Source: Phyllosticta citribraziliensis | Taxonomy: Eukaryota | Reading direction: 5' to 3' | Length of the DNA: 64,000 bases | Assembly (NCBI RefSeq): GCF_038025025.1 | Contig: NW_027117340.1 | Location: forward strand, 1,674,001 to 1,738,000 | In this document: positions 46,136 to 59,089 of the stretch, piece after piece | How the letters are laid out: each line of letters starts with the position of its first letter | Position numbering within the stretch: position 1 is the stretch's first letter | Translations under genes and position numbers: made by a program | The notes under the pieces: model-generated | What the model was told of the DNA's origin: nothing | Databases searched by the model: none | Seen by the model: only the letters and a program-made list of their open reading frames with translations

Positions 46136-47124
46136 GATCACTGCGTCGTGGTGTTTAGAAATGCGGGTTTGGAGACGGAAGACGCGTTGTGGTACGCGGG
46201 TTCTGAGGCGTCTACATACGTCATCGGTCTAACCGAACGAGTCAAATCCACGACCAAGGCTTACCAGTGACAAACGTCTTGGTACACCACAAATGCGAGC
46301 GATGATCAAGACCATTCATAAGCTTTGGAAAGCTTTCCCAAGGAGTAGCTAAGCCATCTTTGAAACCACTTTTTGGGTAGAGGCTTAGAAGCATTCAATG
46401 TCTACTAGGGATAATATCAGGGACCATTCGAGCACCAGCTCGGGGAACCTCGCGAAATATTGTGCATGTACCTACAAAATGGATTGGCCTCCATAGATAC
46501 GTAATTTATCCATTGATTTCAAGAAGACGGTTCCCGCTTCTTGTTCTTAGCCGCAGCTTTCATACTTTCCTTACGTACGGTGCGGTGTCACTTACCCAAC
46601 TACGTTATCAAAAATGTTGCCAGAAGAAGCTCTCGCAGAACACGCACGAAACGAGCAGTTCCTCGTTACCCTTTCCAAAATATACACAACCCTCCATTTG
46701 GAACCAGAAAATGGCGATCTCGTTGCTTCAAGTAACAAAACGACCGTCACATTCGTTTCCCAAGTGGCTGACTTGCGTAATAGCATCAGAAAAATTTAGG
46801 AAGGGGACCATTTACTTGCAAGATAGACTGAGAGGCGTGTTGGCAACGAGACTTACTCAGTAGCATCTCCGTTTATTTGCTGATCTTCTCACACTACATC
46901 CAAACAACAAAGACAATCTGTCAGTGAGTAAAGAGGCAGACTTCCAGCCAGGTGGATTTGAGACGTCCAAGAAATGGCACTAGAAAGTTATCACTCGGCG
47001 ATGGTTGGAAATATTTAAATGAACAAAGCCCGTCAGGTCAATCAATTTCCCGTCCCCGCGTCAACTAACTACTATTAAGCAATGGTGGTGCTTGTGCCTG
47101 TATTACTCATCCACGGCGTGTGAT

Positions 47125-47993
47125 TTACTCCTCGTCCTCATCCTCCTCCTCCTCGTCCTCGATGTCCTCCTCCACGGAGCGGGCCACAATCTCGCTGGCG
47201 AGCCTCTGCTTAGCAATGATCTTGGCCGCGGCAGCGGGGGCAGCAGCGGGAGCAGCGCCGTTACCGGCAGCGGGGGCAGCAGCACCGCCCATCTGGACGG
47301 GCACACAGCCGCCGAAGGGACCAGCGCGAGCCGGGTTCTGGCAGCGGACGAGGCAGACGTTGTTCTGGCCGGCGACGGTGCCAGTGCATTGCTGGTCCGC
47401 GGGAACAGCGGCGACGAGCTCCTGTTTGAAGTCAGTATATGCGAGATGGTGCATTTAGAGAGAGGAGAACGTACGAAGTCGGTCTTAGCGCCGTCGTTGT
47501 CGTTACCACGAGCGTTACCGGGAACGTTCTTGGTAACCTGGATCTTCTGCCAGGACTGGCCAGTGCCTGTGGCATCCATCATGCAAGTGTAGGGACCCGC
47601 GCCATCACCGTTGACCTGGTGGAGGGTCATCTTCACCTCACCGCCGGGGGAAATCTGGGGCAGTTGACCGCCGCTCATGGCCATCAGGCTTTGAGTGCCA
47701 GCCTCCAGGTCATTGGTGCCAGCTCCAACGGTCTCACCGCATGAGTCGGCAGCGTCGCCCTTGAAGCGGGTCGAGTCCTGCTGGAACGGCCTGCGCCTGG
47801 TTCCGTCGCGAGGAGTGGTGGGGTCAACTGATGAAAGTTAGCTTGGTCAAGACAGGATACATGGCGTGGACGTACTGCCAATGGCGGAGCCATTGCCGCC
47901 CTGGTCACCAACAGCCTTGATGATCGCTGCGTGGCCAGCGACGAGGGGAGTGAGGGCCAAGACGCCGAAGGAAATAACGGTGGGGAAATGCAT
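47125..47993 (-). CDS. Secreted Egh16/GAS1/CAS1-like protein (DUF3129)
   Basis: Signal peptide [20 protein letters not shown]; introns 47828-47875 and 47422-47474. Motifs [51 protein letters not shown]. Confidence 0.9.
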
Positions 47994-50433
47994 CCTGCCG
48001 GCAGGAAAATGACTTGTTTTTCAAAAAAGGATTGTGAGTGATTAAAAAATGTCCAAGTGACCTCACAGAGGTGTCAAGAGGGAGCGGAGTTGGCAGAAGA
48101 GAAGATTGATTGACCGAGCTTGTGCTGAAGAATGGACTTCAACCGCCGTACGCTGGATCTTTATAGCCCCAGGGGAGGCTCTCCTGGACCAGCGCCAGGC
48201 CACTGAGTTGCCGCCACAAAACTCCTGCATATCCCAGGTCCAGATTACCCGTCGAATTGCATGCTACAATGATACTCCAGCTTTCGCTTGGCAATAGCGC
48301 AAATGTCCAATGGGATGGGGACAAGCGGGGCTGATCCCGAGGCCAAACACCCGCGTCGACCTTCCCGAGTCGCATCTGTGCGCTATGAGGCATTAGCGGA
48401 GGCGACTGCGGCAGCCAGAATGCGGTTTCTCTACACTGCTGAGACGTATGATATTAAATCCTCGTGCTTGGAGACTGAAAAGTCGTGCGTCAAAAACGCG
48501 GGTAAGCGACGCTAAGGAGCCTCGCTGAGCTCCTGGCAATGCTTCACGGCGCCGGGCAGAGCTTGGCGCTGCCTCACGAAAGCTTGTCAAGGCTAAAAGT
48601 TGCCAAATCCGGTAAGCGGCTGTCTGGAGTGGTGTACCAGCGGCAGCGGGAGCAGCCAGCCACACTTGTCAAAGTCTGGACAAGGTCCTCGCAAGGTACT
48701 CGAATGTGTTTTTGGACCATCCCAGCAGCCGTGGCTCACAGGTCAGTTCGTCTCGTCAGAGTGGTTCGACTTGCGTGCGTCTGACGGCGGGGCAGGAGTT
48801 GGTGCAAACTCAACTGCGGCTCTGTCGTTTCCAAACCGACTTCTGACCCGCTACCCAGCCTCTTTTTCGCGACTTGCACTATCGTAGTGGCAAACCACTG
48901 TCGCACTGAGGCTTGTCCGCCCATGTACTTGGATCAAATTTGCGTCAAGCACTCAAGTCCGGCTGAAGGGGCTGGAAGAGATGTTGGGCCGATGTGCCCA
49001 TGAAACGCGGAATCAACAGGTGAAGACTTGCAACGGGAGCCATCTCCTGCCATTGTAATGGTCAGTGCCATCCTGTTGAATGTGAGCGACCACTTGCCAA
49101 GGCCTTGGACACTGTCGCCCAGTGCTACGGTTGCTGTTGCATGTCTGACTTGGACCATTACTATTTCGGCTGGCAGGAATGAGACGATCACGGCAAGGCT
49201 CAGCCAGGAAGTGGTCTGAATTCCAATGGATCGTCTGTTCAGCAATGACCAGTGGTGTATTTTTTTTTTTTTTTTTTTTTTGCGAAGAGGTAGCCTGGTG
49301 GCCTCGCGAACGAGACCAACAGCAGTTTGCGTCAGAGGACTCCATTCGCTGGAGGTTTCCGGTCTATGCTTTGCTAAAAGCCCCGGTGTTTTCCTCTGTA
49401 AAGGATCAAGATCATTCACCTTTGGCGTTGCCAGCTTAATCGTAGCAGCTGTGCGCTCAGTTTTGCTACTGACTGCGGCTGGGTCCGCGATGGGACAAGA
49501 ATGCTTGAGACATAAGTTTAGTGCAGGGACCAGAGTCACTGGTCTTCTGCTGTCGAAAGATCTGGCTAGATTGTTAATTCAGACCATTGGAATTCAACCT
49601 CTTACTCATTCAATACACTCGAAATCAACCACTCCTAGTATCAAGAGTGATGGCAAACATTGGGGGTTCGCCGGTGGTCACCGCGGGCCAAGTCAATCGA
49701 TGGAGTTGCTAGTCTGGTCCCTTGGTGGAACAGAAGCGGTACGAAGATGCCAATGGCACATGATGCCTCTCATGGCCAGCGTCGGCGGCTAAAGGCCCGA
49801 TGCCTCAGGGTTGTCGCACCTTCGACAAGAGGAAATGTCGTCGCACTAGGCTTTCAGTAAAGCACAGGCAATAAATATGCTTATACTGTCAACTTGACAA
49901 TACTTGAAAGATTTATACTTCGCGGTTGTTTATAAGTCTGGGAAGGCCAAGTCAGACGCGGGTTGAGCCCGTAGAGAGCAATACTGCCATCGTCAAGTTG
50001 AAAGATCGACGACGCACCTTTCAATTGCATTTTTGTGTCCGTCAGAAGTCCTGCGGCACGTTCAATTCAGTACGGCTCGGCCGATCTGGAGGATTCGAAG
50101 ACACAGGCCAGCAACGTCGACGACTGCCTTTCTTCAGCACAGGCGCATTCTTTTCCAAGACCGAGGCCCGAAGGGTGGGACATGAGTGTTCTGAACAGTG
50201 TGCTGAGAGGCGACTTGAGAGTTTCGCGCCTCTTGCCACTTATATCGGCACCTCCGAATCTGCCGAGTCGTATCCGGTTGAGTCGTTGGGATTGAGGACG
50301 AAAAATTCAAATCGAATATTTGGCAGCGACTTTTGTCTTCAACGGGCAAGCGGCCGTCAAGTATCAACCAGAAACCCCAACTCCAACGTATGCATGCGCT
50401 GAAAGAAACCTGAATGAGTCCCCTTATGCGATT

Positions 50434-53400
50434 TTACCTGTGCTTCCCCTTCTTGCCCCTCTTCTCTTTGAGGGCCTCTACCTCCTTCAATGCTTCACCG
50501 ACTGCTTCACCCGCTTTTCGCTTCTTGTCGCCCTTTGCTTTGACGCTGACGGTCGTAGTCTTACGGCCGCCATGCACAGCCTTTTCGACCTGTTTCTCTG
50601 CGGCATCCCAGTCGTGAGCGTCGGCAGACGCATTTGCGTACCTGGAAAATCAGCATTTTGGCTTTTGGGAAAGAGGTAGGTCACTTACTTGTCCAAAGGT
50701 AGTGCGTCGATCATGCTCCTCATACGTTCCTTTTCAGCCCTCTTCACTTCATCGGCCTCCTCAGCCAGCTCCTCATCAATCGTCTGCGTCAGTGGTTGGT
50801 AACGGCGGACACCTTCGCCATCTTCTTTTCCTCCATCTTCTGGGGCATCTGGCATCTCTTCGGCCACGGCACCTTCTACCAAGCTGCGGAAGTGCGACGA
50901 GATCTTTCGAATGACCTTGATGAACATGGCGAGAAGTTGCGAACTGGCAAGACCCAGTTCCTTTTCGACGTCCTCGAGAACCTTGCGCTGAAGGCCAATG
51001 GCCAAAAGCAAGCTGGTTTGCACTCCGCTCAGCTTGACAGCGTTCTTCATGCGTCCGGTGAAGTACAGCATTGCAATCGTAGGTAGCATGTCGAGAATGA
51101 CGTGATAGTCGAGCATGTTGTTAGCGTAGCTGTCCAAACGCTTGAGATCAAAAGGAGTGAACAAAGAGTCCAGCTCGGTCTTTGTAAGCGGCTTGTTCTG
51201 CGATGCCGAGTCCAGCTTTGTACCAGCTGATGCCGACTCGTCAATTGACAAGGCAGCGACAGAGGCAAAAGAGCGGAACTGGTACGACAAGAGCGACAAG
51301 AAGCGCTTGTGAAAGTCCTTGGAGAAAGCACCCAGCCAGGAAGGATCCGTGTTTGGCGTGTCCAAAGTACGAAGCATTACGCAAGTGTGCTCGCCAGTCA
51401 GCTCGTTTGCTGTCTGACGGAGGTAAACGGGGGCGTAGGAAGAGCGTTTCCAAAATTTGTGCAGCTGAGGCGTCAGACCGTACGAAACGCCAACCCAGTC
51501 AAGCCCGGGCGGCTTTCGTTCAGAAAGTCGCGCAAACAGAGCCGGCATCGCGGTAATATCGCGAACCTTGACATCATCCTGAAGCAGGTTCGAGGAATCG
51601 AGTTCGTTGTCCGTGACACGCACCATGGCCTCTTCTTCCGTAGGCTCGGCTTCAGAAAGCGACGTGAATTTACCCTCGTAAAAATCGGTCAAGAGTTCAA
51701 TGGCCTTGGAACCATAGCCCATGCCAATGTAGTCGGGATTGGTAGCGATGCGGACCACGCGAGCACCCGAGAGGCCAGCAAAGTCCTCGTCTTGGAATTG
51801 CTGGCTGACGAGCCATGGAATCAAGTCACCGCCGGCCCTCTGACCTCTGCTGAGGCTGTTGAGGACACTTTCGCGACTGATTTGGCCCTCCATGGCAACT
51901 TGAATGACGCACAGAGGTTCCGGCAGCTTGTTGCTCCCCTCGTCGACTGGTGGGACTAGGACAAACAGCTGATGAGCTGGTGCGTCAGACATGAGCTGAA
52001 GATCGTTGGGAGAGTTTTTGTAGTGACTGGCGACGTAGAGGGCCATCATCTGCTGGAGAAACTTTTCGGAAACGGGATGGAAAGAAAACAGGGTATCTCG
52101 GTTAACATGCAAAAGCTGACATTGCGAAGGGTGAGGACATCCTTGAGTGTTCATTTTTGAACGGGGCAGAGTGGCGTCAAGACACAACAGCTTGTTCATC
52201 CACTTTTCAACGGCGTCGCCAGGAGCATATCTGATGGGCTCAGAAAGAGTGATTTCGCGGAGTGTTCTGCCGCCGGTTGACACTTCGGACCCGTCCTTGG
52301 CGGCTTTGCCCGTAGACCGGTCAGTCACCACAGCGTCTCCATTCTTCTTGGAATTGCCACGGGACTGTTCTCTCAGCTGTTGAATCAGCTTGAGGGAAAG
52401 CGATCGACCCGTGCCTTCGTAACCATTGATCGTGGATGCCATGAAGACGAGGTAGGGGCCCATCAACTTCCTCACCAAGGGCAGAGGGATGGCTGCAGCC
52501 TCATCGATGACGAGAAGTTCGGCTTGGCCGAGCACGTGCGCATCCTGAGGTTGGATGTACTGAATCGTCTGTCTGTGCTTTCGGTGAATGTTGACGCGAA
52601 CGATGGCCTTGTTGAAGTCGGGGTTTGTCGACTGGATGATGGTGTAGTCGACATGGTCCATGTAGTCGAGGGCGTCAAATCCCTTGAATACGAATTCGAA
52701 AAACGTCTTCAAATTCTCCGGGCTAGGTGCTGTGATGAAGACGTTGCTGTAGCCGTGAGCGATTGCCGCAGCGACGGCAACACCCAGCGCGGCGGATTTA
52801 CCACGCCCTCTGGACGCAGTCAGAGTCACGGTGCTCTGCAGCGTCTTTTCGGCAATGGCATCGACGAAGGTCAGCAAAGCCTTGGCTTGGTCCACCGTCT
52901 TGGCCAGCTGGACGAGCGAACCAACGGGCTCCGAGTCTGCCAGCGATTCCTTGATAGCCTCCAACTCTTTTGCTTGCGGCGTTTTGCCTTCCAATTCTGT
53001 GTCAGGAGGCGGCAGCGGCTGCACATTCTTTCCGCCGGAGATTGGTAGCACGTTGAGCTCGTCGTCGACGACCAGGCACGATTCGCAGCTGCCCAAGGAA
53101 AGAATAAATCTCTCGTTGAACCTCGCGACAACGTCTCCGTGGGCCTCGGTCCGGTATCTCGCATGAATGTCCATGGACATGGTGTACAGCTGCTTCAAGC
53201 TGTTCATACCCTTGAGAAGCAAAATCACCAGTCCACCGCCCTCGACAGTCTCGATTGTTCTTGCAAGCAAGTTGGGCGTAATCGCTTCAAAGTCCTGCAG
53301 AATGCACATGCCGTACGTGTTTCCGAGAATCTTTTCCGTCTCCTTGTAGTATACGTAGCGGACGTTCTGTGTAGATATGAACAGCTCAAAGGGGTCCTCG

Positions 53401-53669
53401 GTGTCAACATCGCGGATGCCTCTTTTGATTTCGTTCTTGATCTTCTTTTCGCGCTTCTTCCTGTGACTGCTGAATCCCAACAGCTTGTTCTTGTAGGCCC
53501 ACAGCACCGACTTGTTCAGCTTGACATCGACGTTGAGTAGAATGTGGTAGAGGTTGACGATGACGTCCTTCTGGCGATCGCCAACAACGACGAAAAAGCT
53601 GCGCTTCTTTTCTTGAGCACCATTGCGTATCAACGCCGGTATGCGCGAATCAATTGCCTTTTTGACCAT
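50434..53669 (-). CDS. KRE33: RNA cytidine acetyltransferase (Kre33/NAT10)
   Basis: MVKKAIDSRIPALIRNG; TASRGRGKSAALG, IDEAAAIP, STINGYEGTGR, RVVRIATNP. Intron 50642-50688 adds a Lys-rich tail ending at TAA 50434. Confidence 0.96.
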
Positions 53670-53855
53670 GGTGAAGACCTCCGCGCCTTCTCGGCGGCGC
53701 TAGCGGGCAGCGACTCGTTTTCGTTTAGGTTTTGTGGTTGAACAGGAGTCGCCAGATGTTTGAAAAGGGTCTTTGAGGAGCTCGTGGTCGGCCGGAGCTT
53801 TGGAAGCGATGATGGGGCGGTTGGTGGGGAGCTAATGGGTCGCGAAGAGAGGTGT

Positions 53856-53936
53856 GCCACGAAAAAATGGCTGCCAAGCGACGGCGATAACCAGGGTGCC
53901 GGCGTTACCGCTAGCTCGTTTGACGCGCGACGCGTC
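53856..53936. promoter_or_regulatory. MCB/SCB-like cell-cycle elements in the divergent KRE33-RFC2 promoter
   Basis: ACGCG at 53923, ACGCGT at 53930-53935 and CACGAAA at about 53858, all within 150 bp of the RFC2 ATG. Confidence 0.55.
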
Positions 53937-54000
53937 TTCCCTCTCGATTCTCGCGCTCAACTTCATCTCCAACTCCAACCATCAACTCATCCCGACGACC

Positions 54001-55217
54001 ATGGCCAATTTCTTCGACATAAGAGCACGCAAGGCTGCGGCAGCCAGCTCATCAAAAGGCCCGTCTGCCAAGACAGGCTCAAACAGCGTCCAGCCATGGG
54101 TTGAGAAATAGTGAAGCTTCCCCAAATCGCAACGCTCATTTCAAGTCTAATCTCTGTCGCGACATGAAGCCGCCCCAAGTCCCTCGACGACGTAACTGCC
54201 CAAGACCACACTATTACTGTCCTCCAACGTACTCTCCAATCCTCCAACCTACCGCACATGCTATTCTACGGTCCACCCGGTACTGGAAAGACGTCAACCA
54301 TACTAGCACTGGCCAAACAGCTCTATGGTCCGGACCTGATCAAATCGAGAGTGCTTGAGCTGAATGCCTCCGACGAACGTGGAATCTCGATTGTGCGAGA
54401 AAAGGTCAAAGATTTTGCACGTCAACAGCTGTCGAATCCGCCGGCGGGCCCCTACGGCGAGGAGTACCGGCGCAAATACCCATGCCCGCCGTTCAAGATT
54501 GTGGTGCTAGACGAGGCCGACAGCATGACGCAGGATGCACAGAGCGCGCTGCGCCGCACCATGGAGACGTACAGTCGTATCACGCGTTTTTGCCTGATTT
54601 GCAACTATGTTACGCGAATCATCGACCCGTTGGCGTCGCGCTGCAGCAAGTTTCGGTTCAAGAGCCTGGATGTCAGCAGCGCTGCACAGCGGCTGGAGGA
54701 TATTGCAAAGCTCGAGGGCGTGTCGCTGGACAAGGGCGCGGTGGATGCGCTGGTCAGGACTAGTGAAGGTGATCTCCGCAAGGCAATCACGTTCCTGCAG
54801 AGCGCGGCAAGACTGGTTGGCGCAATCAAGACAAAGGGAGACGACGAAATGGATTTGGACGGAGAGGAGGTCGGAAAGCCCGTCTCGGTGCCAATCGTAG
54901 AGGAGATCGCAGGCGTGATTCCAGGATCAACGCTTGAGGAATTGTTCCAAGCAATGCAGCCCAAGTCGAAGGGCAAGGTTTACACCGAGGTGGCCAAGGC
55001 AGTCGAAGACATGGTTGCAGACGGCTGGAGTGCATCACAGGTGGTGAACCAACTGTACGAAATGGTGCTCTATGACGAACGCATCGAAGACTTGAAGAAG
55101 AACAAGATCACGCTCGTCTTTTCAGAGACGGACAAGAGGTTGGTTGACGGCGCAGACGAGCATCTCGAGATTCTCGACCTGTGCTTACGAGTGGCTGGAA
55201 TACTGTCCGAGGGATGA
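54001..55217 (+). CDS. RFC2: Replication factor C small subunit (yeast Rfc2/human RFC4 type)
   Basis: Intron 54111-54169 restores PWVEKYRPK; Walker A GPPGTGKT, ELNASDERGI, LDEADSMT, SRC motif. Confidence 0.93.
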
Positions 55218-55241
55218 GTGGTGGTAAAAGGGAGGCACAGG

Positions 55242-55508
55242 CGTTGCTCGGAAGCGAAGGAAAATGGTTGCTCTTTGCATGTTCCAACAAGAAGAGTCCA
55301 GTGCGCAGGACGTTAGTTTAAAGGAGGTCTATGTTCCGAAACGCAAAAGGTCTGTTGAGGAGCCTGCCAGGCGTTCGTTGCTTGGGAGTAAAGGGAATGG
55401 TTGCTTTTTGCATTCTCCACAACAAGAATAGTCTCGGTGCGCAGGGCATTAGTCTAAAGAGTTTCTAAGTTCAAAGAACCACAAAAGGTCTGTCGAGGAG
55501 CCTGTCAG
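55242..55508. repeat. Diverged ~135-bp tandem duplication
   Basis: Copies 55242-55370 and 55376-55508 share AATGGTTGCT(C/T)TTTGCAT, AACAAGAA, GTGCGCAGG, TTAGT and CAAAAGGTCTGT(T/C)GAGGAGCCTG(C/T)CAG in the same order. Confidence 0.85.
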
Positions 55509-55637
55509 ACTGGTATCTCAAAACTGATCAAACGCCTGCGCTAATGCCTCGCCATCATTCATCCCGGATCCCGAGCGCCACTGGAAATCCCCGTCGTGAG
55601 ACCCTCTGCACACAATTCAACCTTGGAAGTTTTCTGG

Positions 55638-57022
55638 CTATACTGGCCGGAAAGACTTCCTCCGCACATAAAATTCGACAAACCGTCTCTTTCTCAAATT
55701 ATAAACCCCGTTAAAGTCGTGGAGTAGTGTGCGAGGTCCTCCCTCCCTGGGAATCTGGATGTTCACGGTACCGACGACGGCAAAGCAGTCCCGAGGAATA
55801 TCTGAGCTCTGATTGAGCCGCTTGGCAAGCTCCCGTACAAACGCATGCACAAAAGCATGTCTTGCTGACCATTTGAAGGTCTTGAAGTCAGCTTGGGGAG
55901 CGCTCTTGGCGGGCACAACAGAGTCTTCCCCATTCTTGTCGCCAGCCTTTTCTAACGCGGCGTTCTTTTTAGAGGCCGCCCTGGCCTGTTGTTCTTGAAG
56001 CTTGCGAAGATGTTGAAGCATCTTGTTGTAGTGATCGACAACCTCAGTTTCCTTGATGATCAAAGGCGGCCAACCGAAAAGTTGCCTGACCTCATTTGTT
56101 TTCGTCTTTATCACAAAGCTACAGCTGGCGCCGGCAGCGATGGCGAGTGCCTGTATTGCGTCCTTGAAGAGGGTCAATGGTGGTGCAGGACGTCTCTCCA
56201 GATGAGGAAAGCCATCGAAAAGAACAAGTCTATCTCGTCAGTTGATGTATACGCAGACATGAGTAATTGACTTACCCAAGTTGGTCGTATTCTCGAGGAG
56301 GCGCAGCTGGAAGCTGCGGTTCGGAAATCCAGCCGCCTACTTGCTTGACATTGGTGGTTCGATATCTTTCGGCAGCCGCGGCGATGATCTCTTCTGAGAT
56401 CTGCTGTTTGTATTGCTGCACTGACTCCTTATGTTTCCGAAAATCTTCCCAGAGTGCGAGAATTTCGTCATCTGGGGCGTATGGATCCCGTGGCAATTGT
56501 CGCCGAGTCCATGGGAGAGGTAAGAAGGATCCAAAAGGGAATCCAAGGATGTAGATGCTGCCCTCCAAATCTATCTCTTCATCCTCCTCGTCCTCTTCAG
56601 GTGCTTCGGATCCCTCGTCGCCCTCCAACTCTTCGTCGTCTTCAACGTCTTCAACGAACTCATAATCGTCATCTTCATCCTCTTCGTCCTGCCTGTATTC
56701 TTCCACGAGGAGATCGAGGCCATACGAGAGATATTCAAAGCCGAAGACGGGTATAGCGGCGTAGAGCACGAACTTTCCAAATTTCCTGACCGTCGTGTTA
56801 GCCTGGTCCGCAGCGGATGAAGGGGGGAACTAACCACCATGTCAATAGTGGCGGCCTGTGGAAAATAACTCGTTGCACTCTGGGAACATGATTTTGCGAG
56901 TCGCGGTAGAAGCGCGCTGTCGAGGGCCAGTTTTGCGGCCTAGGATATCGAGTTCGACATGGCAGGGTCGAAAGCGTTCGTGTGGCTGAGGCGACTTGGC
57001 GGGCAGAGCGTACGTAGTTCAT
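55638..57022 (-). CDS. Hypothetical protein, probably mitochondrial, with an acidic tract
   Basis: Arg/Ser/Thr-rich presequence-like N-terminus; introns about 56786-56834 and 56230-56275 join three ORF-track segments in frame. Confidence 0.7.
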
Positions 57023-57541
57023 AGCAGCAGGCGACTTCGCGTCGGCGACGAAAGTTTTGAGCGGCTACGAGTGGCGGCGATTCAGGGCAGTGGACATGAT
57101 CTTGCGCAGTCCAAAGAGGCGTGCGGAGCCGGGGGAGCTGCGGGCGGCCTGTCGATTCGTGGCAAGAATGTGGATTAGGACTGAGCTTGGACGAAGGAAT
57201 AGGAGCACCGCTGGAGCTGATGCGCTCACTCGGAGACTTGGGCGACGTCGAGTAGAGAAGAGACCTGAAAGTGACGGGAACGAAGGAAATGGTCAAAGAT
57301 GTCAACACTCGGAGGCCCGTGCCAGGCGCGTAGGTAGGTGTCTTCCAGAACGCCGGTTGCCGGTGCCAGCCCAGCCCAGCGATCCGATTGACGTCGGCAA
57401 ATAGTTCCCCCATCTTCCGGACGCCATGGCATCCCGTCGTGCCGCTGCTTGAGGTGGACCGCGATCGATGACCTCAAAGCTCGAGCTGCCATCCGGAAGC
57501 TCCAGTTCCCAACCACCCGGCTGTTATTCATCTCGCCCGTC

Positions 57542-58786
57542 ATGAAGCTTCCGCACAGCTTCGCCGCCCCGTCGCTGCTTGGTCTCGTTGTTCCGTTGGT
57601 CTCGAGCGCCTCCCTGGGCCACGTCTACCTGCACGACCTGAGCGCTCCGCCCGCCAACCTTGATGCAGCTCCTACGCTGACCCCGGATACTGCCCGGCTC
57701 ATCTTTGCGCAGAGGCTGGGCCTTTCGCAATATCACAACATCAAGACCGTTGACAATGATGCGGTACAATACATCAATGACTTCGGCGGAGACCGACACC
57801 GCCTGTTTGGCCAGGACCAGCTTGTAGACGATCGCAAGCAGGTCATGGTCGTGGTTGAAGGCGTCAAGGGAGGCGAATGTAAGGTCAAAACATTGAATCT
57901 ACAAGCGAATGCTGACGGAATAGCTCTCGACTCTTCCTTTTCCGTCTCCAATCCCCCGACGGTCGAAGACGACTCTCGCCTGCTCCAAGACTTCATGATC
58001 CAAGCACAGGACCTGTCCACGTCCAAGGTCGACAGCTCCATCCCGAGCAGCATCAAAGATCTTCTCAACACACTATCGGACACTGTCGAGTATCAAAGCA
58101 GTAATGGACTCTTCCTCGCCCATGTCAAGGGCAGCAACATCAAGGCCGACGCCGTCAGCTCTGCTCTGCGCAACCTCGAATCCATCTGTTCTTCCCGCTG
58201 GCCGCTTACCTTTGTTGCTATGCCTCCTGCTAGCAGCCGCGCAAAGCGTTCGGACAAGCCTTGGGGACACTACGAAATGCCCGTGAAGCGCTCCGCATCG
58301 CCCGCCGCTTCGCGGTCCGAGTCGATTCTCTCCGACTTTGCTTCTGACATGATTGAGTCTCTCAACGAAACTATCAAATCGGGCAAGATTGGTACCAGCC
58401 ACGCGGAGGCGGCCAACCCGCTCAAGGGCATCCTCCCAGCTTGCTTTTCGTCCCAGGCGGCCTGCGACACTGCGACCAATACCTGCATGGGCCGCGGCAA
58501 GTGCGTCAAGAAATACACGGACAAGGACAACAACAACAAGGCCTGTTTTACGTGCAAGTGTGAGCCCCAAGTGAACCAGACAAAGGCAGGGACCAAAACG
58601 ACCTACTATGGTGGTCCTGCATGCCAGAAGAAGGATGTTTCGATTCCGTTCTGGCTCTTTGCTGGCTTTGCAGTGGCCATTGCCTTTACTGTAAGCTGGG
58701 CCATTGGCTTGTTGTACAGCATGGGCGAGGAAGAACTGCCAAGCGTTATTGGAGCCGGTGTGTCCGGTCCTTCGTCGAGACATTAG
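57542..58786 (+). CDS. DUF3844 (Vps3844-like) type I membrane protein
   Basis: Signal peptide; probable 45-nt intron 57879-57923; Cys-rich domain ending YYGGPACQKKDVSIPFWLF, a TM helix, then EELPSVIGAGV. Confidence 0.85.
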   Translation: MKLPHSFAAPSLLGLVVPLVSSASLGHVYLHDLSAPPANLDAAPTLTPDTARLIFAQRLGLSQYHNIKTVDNDAVQYINDFGGDRHRLFGQDQLVDDRKQVMVVVEGVKGGECKVKTLNLQANADGIALDSSFSVSNPPTVEDDSRLLQDFMIQAQDLSTSKVDSSIPSSIKDLLNTLSDTVEYQSSNGLFLAHVKGSNIKADAVSSALRNLESICSSRWPLTFVAMPPASSRAKRSDKPWGHYEMPVKRSASPAASRSESILSDFASDMIESLNETIKSGKIGTSHAEAANPLKGILPACFSSQAACDTATNTCMGRGKCVKKYTDKDNNNKACFTCKCEPQVNQTKAGTKTTYYGGPACQKKDVSIPFWLFAGFAVAIAFTVSWAIGLLYSMGEEELPSVIGAGVSGPSSRH

Positions 58787-59089
58787 ATGGACACGGCCGA
58801 AAGTGGGCAGGTGGTGGACGAGGTTACGTTTTGCGAATTGTTGTCTGGCGAGCGAGCGAGCGAGGAATTCATTCATGTACAAAGAAGGTTGTTTGTTTGG
58901 AGGCGCAAAGGTAGCCATGTTTCATGTACAGGAAAAACATTTTCTACAATTAAGCCATACTCAATCACGCCCCACCCAGTTATCCATCCGATGGCATGAC
59001 CGCAACGCCTGGCGCCCACTGGAATGCTTCGCTTAGTTGTCTGCAAGCAAAACATTCAGTCAAAAACAACAAGCAAAGATGATGAGGCC

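Noticed and set aside
48730..48775. A-box-like TGGCTCACAGG and B-box-like GGTTCGAC, suggesting a tRNA or SINE
   Set aside because: The boxes are only about 31 nt apart (about 44 in a tRNA), and no acceptor or anticodon stems can be formed.
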